Source: Marsupella aquatica (taxonomy: Eukaryota; Plantae; Marchantiophyta). From it: a stretch of DNA of 64,000 nt. The first letter of the stretch is position 1, and every line of letters begins with the position of its first letter. Below are positions 22,701 to 33,074 of the stretch, piece after piece. The stretch lies in the NCBI GenBank assembly GCA_973895155.1, contig OZ316891.1:32472423-32536422 (forward strand), given 5' to 3'. Below the pieces are notes generated by a model, which searched no databases, was not told where the DNA came from, and was given only the letters and a program-made list of their open reading frames with translations. The position numbers and the translations under genes were made by a program.

Positions 22701-24541
22701 GAGAACACTCTTTGCCTCCTTCCAAGTTGCTGGCAACACATTCTCAGTGGGCAACATAAGGTCATGGCAAAGTGCAAACATATCAGATAACAAGACATTG
22801 CTTGCCTTGTGTTTGGCCTGTAGGTTCATCAACCCCAAGATGGCTGAAAGACGACTCAAACGAGCACCCTCATAGATAGGTGTTTGGGCATGTTCCTCTG
22901 CTTCTTCCCATTGGCGTTGTCCCTCAGGGGTATGTCTTGGGCGTGGATCATTGGGGGGCACCTGCCCTTCATTGGGAAGGTCATCACCAAGGTTGTCGGC
23001 ACCAAACCAATCAACCATAAAGTCATCCATGGCTCTATCCTGGTCATCAGTTACTTGTTCATCCGTCCAAGGTACCTCTTCATCAGGGTTACTGCTTCCA
23101 CTAGCACTTGATGAGGAGTGTGACTCTAATCCATGTCCTTCTTCTGGCATACCCATTTCTCGATATGTTGCTCTCAATCTCCGTGGTAACATATTTGGAG
23201 AGGGTCGCACATTCTAAAAACAAAGCAAACAATTGAAAGTTATATTGCAAAGAGAACACACACAAAAATGGGCTAGGGGTGTGCAAAAATGAAATAATAT
23301 TGGTTGTGGTGCAAATACAAAATGTGGCCAAAGGCATATGTAGTGTCCTTTGATATACAACATACCACCTATGACCCTTAACTTAACCCTAATCCCACTC
23401 ATAGTGAGTAAATAACTCATCCCCTGAGTTAATGGTCCTTGTTGCTACAACTAGGCAATGGTCATGATGATATGTCTGGCCATAAGGTGCTGGCGGAGGA
23501 CCCTCAATGAAAACCCACTCACAATTTTGCCTACGTTTAGGGCGAGTCCCCACGGTACTGTTTATGAAACCAACAATATTCCCAGTCCGTATGGGGTCCC
23601 CATCTATGACACGCTGCTCACTATACCTTCTAGTGTTTCCATCAAAAGTATCCATGTCCAATGCATAAGTCTTCCACTCAGGGTGTTGTGCAAGGATCAT
23701 GTTCCAATATCTTCTGTTGTAGATGGGTCCACCATAAGGAAACAAAGTAGGCCCCTCTCGGCCGCGTCCACCTCTACCACTCTCGGCGTCCACAATGATG
23801 TCCTCACAGGCAAAAACTCCATAGCCATGTCTATCCCCAAGTGTGGAAGGTTTGATAACCCAACGTCTACCCCAAACCTCTACCTCCGCACCGTAGGAAA
23901 GCTGTTGTGGCAAACCAAAAGTCTCAGGATCCCAGTCCTTGATGACAGGGACACATCTGCCAGTGAACTCACAATCACCCCACCGACCCGTAACCACTGC
24001 CTTGTACAAATCAGTATCCCCTCGGGCCTGCCTCTTGGAACGCTTTCTCCCTCTTGGGACAATAGCCTCAACCCCAACTTCCCTAGGACTGGTGGGCCTT
24101 GCCGCTAGACCCAAGGCTTTTGAGAATGCATTGCCTATAGCATCTAGAACACCTTGTGATGGGACATAGGGTGCTTGTGCCGCAGGTCTAGGCCTATTGG
24201 ATACCTATTCCACCGAAACCAAAACAAACAAAAGTAGGTGTGAAATTGCAAACCTTCAACCATTGAGTAATGGGAATAGGGTAGGAAAACTAAGGCATAA
24301 CACTTACCATATGAGATGAAGAAGCCCCTGCCGTATGACGTCCACAACGCCCATATCTCTCAATATGTTGGGCACATATGTAAGATTTTTGGGAAACCTG
24401 ACCCACACATCTGGAACATTCACAAAGTTGACGGGGTGGACTGCGAGGAGGAGGTGCGGTCGTGTGATGTTGAGGTGGAGGTGGTGTATCTTCATCAGAG
24501 GAGGACGAGTCTGTGGTGGAGATTTCAAAAGATGAAGACAT
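19722..24541 (-). pseudogene. CACTA transposase (TnpD-like): transposase-associated Cys/His exon 24541-24308, then Transposase_21 (from 23213), DUF4218-like and DUF4216-like exons; a few stops
   Basis: HACVNDCMLF..CTTCDEPRY, RLGLASDG, SVWPV..YNLPPW, DYPG, LDPMHIEGNV, KTHDYH, HLLVHL..GPVH.RWMY..ER, FKCKWF, EPF..P. Confidence 0.92.
23389..24541 (-). CDS. SET-domain protein (~349 aa): exon 24541-24308 + exon 24204-23389
   Basis: IKPSTLGDRHGYGVFACEDI, GNIVGFINS, QNCEWV and VATRTINSGDELFTHY are SET signature segments. The phase-0 GTAAGT donor and AATAG acceptor keep the frame, with no stops. Confidence 0.8.
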
Positions 24542-26216
24542 ATCCCTTGTAACAAGATATAATTAAAATGGGCATGTTATGACCAAAACATACCACAAAA
24601 TGATATAAATCAAAGTTCCCAAATAATGATGACAAGAAACCCAAACCAAAATGACCATAGCAATAAAAAAGGTACCTTTATGAGACCCGGGCTCAGCAGT
24701 GCCAATAGGTCTTGTGGCTCTAAGATAATTAATGAACCCAATCTGAAAGTATGAGGGAAAAGCTGCAACCATTCCATGTATATGTAAGCACAATAATCTG
24801 GACCAGACAAGAACAAAAAACCCTATATACATGTCCCCTTTATACATAGTGGCAACCAAAAGTGTTAAGTACATGAAAGGAACACTTTAGCCGATCATGC
24901 AATGTTTACCTTTCAGATGCTCGGGCTCTCACAATGCATATGCATTAGTATCAAATCATCAAAAAGTGCCGCACCCTGCAAGCTATCATATATTCCTCTC
25001 CTTTGTTAGCAAAACCCACGCCAATCCCCTTTTGATTCATAAACCCAATGAACCTCTCTTAAACCCAAAAGGCTGCAATATAAATCTCATGAAACCTTGC
25101 TTTGTCTTATCCAAACCTTCAACCCCAAACCGCATCCTACCTATTAAACCTAAATCTGACTTACACACAAACCCAAACCTTTCTTCAACCCTAGAGACCT
25201 TTCTATTTAAAAACCCCAAACCCTAAAACCCTAAACCCAAACCTTACTTATTTCTTGTAAACCAAATCCCACACCTTTATTATTTCTTCTAAACTAATGT
25301 AAACCCAAACCTTAGCCTAAACCAACACCATACATAACCCATTAACCTGAAATCTGCCTAACCCTGCAAACCCGCCTTCAACTATTATCTAACACCCAAA
25401 ACATGGCCAAAAAGCATTCCAAATATGAGTATAGAGGGGTCCACTTCACCTTTGAAAAAAACCCTTTCAAATGAAGCCAACATTCCCCCAGGACGAGTTG
25501 CCAATGTCTTGCGAAGCCGCTTCCTTCGCAAATACCATCACAAATTAGAATTGAGGTTTGCGAAGCTGCTGCTTTCGCACGACCTTCAGAAAAACAGAGC
25601 CCGAGAGCATTTCTACGAGAGAGCGAAGGTGTTGCAAAGCCTTTCACGTCGCAATGGTTTCGCAAAATTGAGAAACTATATGCGAAACAAGAAGAATCGC
25701 AAATTGCAAAACGGGTTGCTTTGCAAGTCTTTCCCGCTTGTACTTTTGCACTCGGCCGCGGCGTACTCAGCGGCATTTGACAAATTTCAAGCGTAGGGAG
25801 GGAGAAGGGAGCTCGCGCGCGCTCGGGGGGTGGCTTGGCTATGGATTCCAGTGGAGCAAATGGAGGTGATGGGGCAGGGGTGAGTGACAGTGGCAATGGG
25901 AATGAAGGCAATGGGGAGCAGGAGAGGAATCGATGGACCGATTTGATGGCTGAGCACCTCAATGCAGCACAGTTGAGCCACTTAGATTTGACTACACCAG
26001 CAAGGATTGCTTCTTTGAGTGCAATCCTTGGGCAAGCCTTGCAAACGGGAGTAGATGTAGGGAACATTGCAAGGGAGGAGGAGCAAAGGAGTGCAGCTCA
26101 ACAGAAGGCAAGAGAGAAGAAGCGTAAGAAGGAGGAGAGGGCCAAGGTAGGAGTAGTCTCACCTGCTGCCCTAGAAAAGAAGAGGAGGAGAGAGGAACGA
26201 GATGAGATAAGAGCAC

Positions 26217-29200
26217 TGTGGTGCGTCCCATGGCTCCCTAAACCCAAGAAACCCCCCCAGCACAAGCCGATTCCCACAGGTTTTGCGCTTGGCGGGGCCG
26301 TTTCCGTGGCTTAGCGGCATGGGACGCTGCTAACTTCTTCCTCTACATCTATTAACATTTTACACACATATACTGGACAGATCCTTCATCGGGTCATGAG
26401 ATATGAAGCCGGCCTACTCTAGGCCTTCCCTTATCTTTCTCTCCTTCTGGTTAGGTATATTTGGATTTCGCCGCCGGAATGATCCCCAATAGGCTTGGTT
26501 AAGCCGCTAAGACCTCTCTCAGCTCGACACATCCAACTCTCACTCCCTTGCTTACCTTCCTTTCCCTATTAGTTGATGTGGGCACTCTTCACACAAGTTA
26601 ATGCGACACACAAATAGTAAAATGACTCCTTCTGACTGAGTCATACCATGCACTTGCCATACAAACAGTACATCTCATACACAAGCTCTGCGAACTAAGC
26701 CGTGAGGCCAACTCTATTCAGCTCTTAGGCATGAGGAAACATGAATATACACAAGGTCACGGTATGACTAACCGAGAGCTTCTCTTACTACTTGATCCCA
26801 GCCCGGCTGGTGCAAACTAAAAACTTGCTAAAGAAGAGGCCCTGAGCTCCCCGCAGCCTAGGTATTTATCCTGGTAGCGGATCCGCCTAATTCTTTGCAG
26901 CGTAAGCCTAATCTACCTAACAGTAATCTACCTGTCCGGAGCTACCTATGTACAGCAAGGCAAGGGCACAAGTGTTGCTCCTACCAGTGGAACCGCAATC
27001 CCACTAAGCTAAGTGTCAGGGCCACTCCTGGTCCTGATCCTAATCTTAAACCTGGAGATCAGCGCCCGGCCCACTCACGCCTCCTACCTCCACGTCCGCC
27101 CTTCCTAAAAGGAACGGCGCCCTTGCACCGTCACGATACCGGTGGTGGATCCTCAATGGACGCCCCCAATGCTTCCTCCTCAGCCACTGCCGTTGGCCCG
27201 CCTACTGACAGATTACCTGCCCTTGACCGAGTCAACTCTCCCTCGGCCTGACTGGGTCCATCTTCGGCTTCGGCCTCGACACCGGCCTCGGCAATACCCA
27301 CGGCTTCGGCTTCAGCCACTCCCACGGCTTCGGCTTCACCTTCTTCTAGGGTAGTTGGATCCTTAGCCGTGACCCTGTCTGGGGTCGGTGCTGGGTCTAC
27401 CTCCTTGGTCACCACGGCCTGTGGAGTCGTATTACTCCTTGACCCAGAAGGTTTCCGCTTCTTCTTCATTGCCGGCTCGGCAGCTGGTCCCTTCCCCTTC
27501 CCACTTACTTTCAGCACTGGTGCAGGTGGCGCGGTTTGTTCTTCGGCCAGTACCACTCCTGGTAACTGGTTCGCCCCAACGGGAGATGGACTTGCTGCAG
27601 CTAAGCATTTAAATACTGCGGCTTGTTTCTTTAGCCGCTCTGTTTGGTTGTCGGCCCGCCGCTGTAGGTTCTCCATCTTCCTCGTGATTTCCTCCAACTC
27701 CTCTTGGGTCTCATCCAGGTCCTTACGTGCCCCCTCCAGCTCTCTGTGGGCTTCCTCCTGCTCTTTGTGGGCTTCTTCCAATTCCTTCTTCAAGGTAGCC
27801 CTCTCCTCCTGGGTTGCTCTTAGCTCTTTGTCGAGCTCTGTCACGATTTCAGACTCCATTTTATCCATCTTGGCATAAGTCTGACCGAGCATATCGTCCT
27901 TCTCCTTTAGGTCGGCTTTGAAGCTGGCCGTTAGGGATGCAAGCTCTTGCTGCAGCGCAATAATCCCTTGATAGGATTTCCCTAACTCGGCCTCCTTCTG
28001 CTGAAGGGCTCCGCGGCTTTTCTCGAGCTCCCCCTTCAACGCCCATTCCTTTCTTTGGGTCTCCGCCATGACCCGGTTGTTGACTGCTATATGGGCCTCC
28101 TCTGCGTTTCTCAGCTCCTTCTTCCATTTCTCCCTGTCCTTGATTGCATCGGCCAATTCTCCCTGGGCCTGAGTCAGTTTATCCTTGATAATCTGACTAT
28201 CCGCCTGCGCTATGTCCAACTGCCCCTGCATGATATTTAGCTCATGCCGTTTAATCCGTAGCTCATCTTGGGCTTTCTTGGCTGTCCTTAGATCTTCAAT
28301 CTCGGCTTCCATCCTCCTAAGCCGCCGGATGACCTCGTCCTTCTTGCTTCTCTCTAAAGCCACCGCTTCTTCTAATTGGTGCTTCTCCAACTGCTCCCTA
28401 TGGAAAAAGGGTCCTACCTCCAACTCCTCCCCAAAGATGCCGAGCGCAAGTTCCCCACACATCTCACCATACTCCATGGCTCTATTCTTAGCGTAGGTGG
28501 AGTAAGTAGAAGTGATCGGCATCACCCAACGCGGCCTCTGCTCCCAAGCCGTCTTGCGGATCTCTTCAATCGTGGCTAGAGGTTTGCTTCCTTTTTTGGC
28601 TAGCCGCCTGATGTCCTCCGGCCAATCTCCTCCTGGTAAATCCTTTTCCCTAGCCAGGGCTGCCTCCTCTCCCTGCCTGATTCGCTCCTGAAATTCCTGC
28701 ACTGTCTGTTTTATGCCGTCAAAGCTCGGGGGAGCAACATCTGGTGGAGGAGACTCAGGGCTACTCTGCTGGTTGGGGTCCCCTCGTACTACCCTTGGAA
28801 GTGTGGGGATAAACCAGCCACAGGTCCTTACTCCTGGAACGTGATGGTCCGACCCATAGCCGGAGTTATCATGGCCGCAGTCCTCCACTGCCTCCTCTAC
28901 TTCTTCTACTTCCGGCTTCTCCCTCTCTTCTTCGTTGGTAGGAGCTTCCAGCAATTCTGCCTCAGATTCAGAGCTTGAGACTCCGGTAGAGGGGTTTTCC
29001 CTTCTAAGTCTGCTTAAGTTGACCTCTGGGGCAGTGTCCTGCATTGTTGCCGTTGTCGTTGTCGTTGTCGTTGCCGATCTCCTTTCTTTCTCCAGTAGTT
29101 TCAGCAGATTCTGCATGCCTGGTTGCTGCATCGGCAAGTTTTCCTTCCTTGGCTTAAACACCTGCTCAATCGTAGGGCTAACAGGTGGTTGAGGCTTTTC

Positions 29201-30793
29201 TGCTACCAGCCTCGGTGCTGGAGCTTCCTCGGGTGCCCTTACCTGCAGGGGAAGTACTGGGGCAAAGGTCTGACCTCTGGCATACCGGCACAACAGCGGC
29301 ATGTGATAGCCAAGCCGCGACACGCTCCCCATGCCGATTACCTGCTGCTCCTCCTTTAGGATCTTCTTCAATTGGTTGAGGAGGTAGCCGTTGTAGTCCC
29401 GGCTTGGGTCTGGCCTTTCTGCCAGATAGACTTGTGCCTTGCCGATCTCCGCTCTCGGCAAGTTATAATGCATGGTTACCCGCAAGAAGTCGATCATCTC
29501 TCCTATGTGCGGGTTGGTGCAGGTGTTTCTGAAGAAGCCATTCTTCGTTGATGGTCCGGGAAACGACCGGAACTCCTTGTCAGGCAAGGTCTTCCTGGTA
29601 TCAACCTTGGTCTTATTGCCTATCGGCAAGCCAAACACTTCGGCAATTACCTTGGGAGTAAGATAGAAATCCTTCCCATATATTCTCGTGCAATTGGTCT
29701 CGGGTTCCCATGACCCCACGAATTCTAATAGGTCTGAATCCGGTACCTCCGGCTTCAGCCATGGTAATCTTACAAAGGCCTCTAAGCCAGATCCGGCCAT
29801 GAAGCCTTGGTACATCTTGGTCTGCATGGCCGTAAAGCATGCATCCTCCTCCCTTGCAAAATGTAGTTGCACCTCCACCGGTAGAGTTGCCGCCCAGCCC
29901 TTCCAGGTGTCATCCCTGGTTGGAATGGCTTTAATGGGATCGACCTCCTCTACTTCGGCTTCTCCTTGCCTCCTGCTCTGCTGTTCGGCTGGCTTCGTTG
30001 GTGCCGCCGACCTCGTTCTTTTGGCCGGGGTGGTTTCATCGTTGACGGCTCCCTTCCTCTTCATCTCGGCTGCCGTGGAGGTTTCTCCTAACACCGTTGC
30101 CCGGTTCCACCTTTCTGTGCTACCCTTCAATTCCCAGTGTATGTCGTTGCAGTTCTTGATGGCCTCTCGAATGCCGATGATTTTGTCTTTGCAAAACAGA
30201 AGATCGTCGAGCTGATTGGAAGTAGGCGTCCACAAGAACTCGGCCTTGATAAGTTCGCCTCCTAAGAAAGCCGTTTTCTGCAGCTCCCACAATCGAGCGA
30301 GCTCCTATCATTCTCGAGCTGCCCTTTCTGATTCTTCGTCCTTGTAAGTCTTGATGTACTCAGTTGCCCGTTCGAACAGGCATCCCCAGAAATGTGCCGC
30401 TTGATTGACGTTGCTCATACGCTCCTTAGGTCGATCGTCGGTATCTACTCTCTCCCCGAGTGCTTGCCTAAATAGCTGACAGTAGTTGGCCTCCCGTAGT
30501 CGTCTGCCTAGTTCGTGCTCGCAAATGAGCCACAATCTTCTGCGAGCGCTCCTTACCCCTCTCCTCTTCCGGCCCTTCCTCCCGTTGATCCTTCCCAGCC
30601 GCCGATGCTTAGCGCGCCCTAACCCTAATCGAGTTTTCACCCCCAGTGTTTTTACCTCCGGCCTCGGCCCGGGTTCCATAGTTGCCCCTAATTATTTATA
30701 TTTTCTTGTTTTGTCCCTATGCTAAGGTGTTTCCAGGGTGTATTCTTGCTTTACCTACTTAACTGGCCGAGTGATTCCTGGCTAGGCATCACA
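26217..30793 (-). mobile_element. Solo LTR of Gypsy family A (4,577 bp)
   Basis: TGTGGTGC...GCATCACA ends. Perfect 5-bp TSD AGCAC at 26212-26216 and 30794-30798. No gag/pol or PBS adjacent. Confidence 0.96.
27131..30679 (-). pseudogene. LTR-encoded protein, copy 2 (1,053-aa open frame plus an in-frame N-terminal part behind TGA-TAG)
   Basis: ORFs 30308..30679 and 27131..30292 are in frame. The stops correspond to CGA CAG in copy 1. Confidence 0.87.
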
Positions 30794-33074
30794 AGCACAG
30801 CGGGAGGAGCAGCGAAAGAAGGAGGAAGAGAGGAAGAAGCTGCCTATGATTGCCTTGATCGAAGGCATTCCTACTGAACTGGCCTACACCGGGGCAAAGA
30901 GCACTATCAGGCTTATGGTGCGCTCCAATTTTGCACGAGGAAGTGGGGGAAACTCAGCAAGGCAGACCAGAAGAAAGGAATGAGTCAAATCAAAGATTCA
31001 TTTCGAAACGGAGCAAAGATTGATGAACAGTGGCTTGCAGATAGAATTTCCAATTCAATGTCTCAAGCACGGTACCATGATAGGAAGAAGGTAAGGGTCT
31101 ACCTGGCAAACTTGGAGGAGTACAGAAACATGAGGAGGCCACTGCAATTCACTGAGGACATGTGGAATGCCTTTTACAAAGTGGAGGTGCAGATGAGAGC
31201 TGCCAGGAACCTTCTCTTCTGGAAGGAGATGGAAACCAAGGCACAGAAGGCCGGGAAGTCCGACCGAGAGCTCAAGGCAATGGCTGAGAAAGTGTCTCAC
31301 ATGCAGCACATTGTGGATGAAGTGGGTGCACCACCCCAAAAATTCATCCTTGCAGCTGAGCGAGTCAGCAAACGGCCCAAGACCACGCACAAGATGGGCC
31401 AAGGTGGACTTCCCGGCCTCAAAGCACACTTTGTGAGTGGGCCCTCTCCTCTCCTCCCCTGCTTCTGTTTCCTTGCTTTCAATTGCTATCCAAACCTGCA
31501 ATGCCCCCCTGCATACCTCTTGTTTCTTTCTTACGGCTTGCCTTGTACTTTAGGTCACCCTGACACATTGCGTGCCTTAGAGATTTCTCGGAATTTTTTA
31601 AAAACAGAGTTTGCAAAGCTTTTGCGATGCGGGTTGCTTTGCAAATGTTTCGCAAAGTCTATCATGGCATTTTTTAAAGTTGTAAATGCGAAGCTATTGC
31701 GAAATAATTCGCTTCGCAAACTACTTCGCAAACAGCCAATTTATTTGAATTTGCGAAGTGGGGAGTTTTGCAAGTGTGTATTATGTTTAAAAAAAACCGC
31801 TAAGGGTTATTGAGCCCAGTTTTGTGTTAGGGGGCACCCTATTAGCACCTCCATGCATTTTTCTTGGGTTTATAGCATATTAACCTCGATTGATTTTGGT
31901 TTTGGAATGTTTGGTTGTGGTAGTATAAGAGGTACCGCAGGAAGATAACAGCAAAAGAGATGGAGATAGGATCTGCGCATGGAGCCAAACATCTCTTTGA
32001 CTTGGTTGACGCAGAGTTGGCGACTATAAGTGCATGTATCCCCTTCAGTTTTTCCCACCCAATCCACTTATCTTTTCATTCCGTAAACCTAAACCAATTT
32101 GGCGTTGTGCTGTGCAAACAGGATGATGAGGATGCCAGTGATACCAGCAGCACCGATGAGAACAATGAGGGGACCACGACAAAGGGGCCCAAGGTAGGAG
32201 GGAGTAGTGGATCTGGACCAGTAGGAGGAGTTTCCCAGCAGGAGGGGGAGGAAGAGGATGAGGACGAGGACAAGGAGGAACCAGATGTGGAGGAGCAGCC
32301 AGCACCACCTCCTGTGCCACGTCCGGATCGTCGCAAGAGGGACAAGGGGAAGAGGCCGGCGACAAGGAGTAGGAGGACCCCATTCTAGAGCTTGGTGGTG
32401 TAGTGCCTATGGGATGCCCATTTACTTAGTGTAGTATATAGTTTTGATATGGGTAGTCTTATAGGGACCTAGCTTGTCATATGACACCCATCTAGGGTTT
32501 AGGGTTTAGGAAACCCTAATTTTTGTGTACCTATCAATTTTCTATAAAGCAATTTTGATTCAGACCTCATTCTCCGTGTTGGACAACAAGACCCCAACCA
32601 TAATTCAAAACTCTAAATCTAAACCCTAGCCTCAAGACATCTTGCGAAACCTATGCGAACAACCCAATTCGCATATTTACCATATTGAAGGTATCGCAAA
32701 CATTATGCAAACCACATACGTTCACAAAAATGTGAAGCCATGTTCATGGCATAACTACCATTAACTTAATATCGCAAGCCGATTACCAAACTTCTGGGAT
32801 TGCAAATATTTAACTGCTTGATTATTATCGCAAGCCTCTCGCGACGCCCACGGAGTTGCTTAAATGTGAGTCCTTTGCGATTCTATTAGTGTCGCAAGTT
32901 GCGAAGGCGTTGCGAAGGTCTTGCAAAAGACCGGATGCGAACCTTTGGGCTTCGCAGTTTGCGATTCTATTGCAATGCGCGATACTTCGCAAAGGCGAGT
33001 TTTGTTTTTTGATTTCCTTTGTTGTTTGCGATGCTTTCAAGTTCGCAAAAGGTGTAGGTAGTGTTGTAGTGATT

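Larger units (their letters stand above)
25835..32387 (+). pseudogene. CACTA second gene (ORF2/TnpA-like, multi-exon), interrupted by the solo LTR
   Basis: Removing 26217-30798 restores ...ERDEIRA|QREEQRKKEEE.... Continues in the 30980 ORF (HKMGQGG) and an acidic/basic last exon at ~32122-32387. Confidence 0.65.
18790..33071. mobile_element. Complete CACTA (En/Spm) DNA transposon, ~9.7 kb without the nested solo LTR
   Basis: TIRs CACTACAACA (18790) and TGTTGTAGTG (ends 33071). 3-bp TSD ATT on both sides. TTGCGA/TCGCAA subterminal repeats. Excision rejoins Gypsy B in frame (...MHGLLEE|CEEIEGLLD...). Confidence 0.96.

Noticed and set aside
3068-30793. The two family A LTRs as the paired ends of one 27.7-kb element
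   Set aside because: The second LTR has its own AGCAC TSD on both sides inside the CACTA, and the PBS/gag lie to the left of the first LTR.
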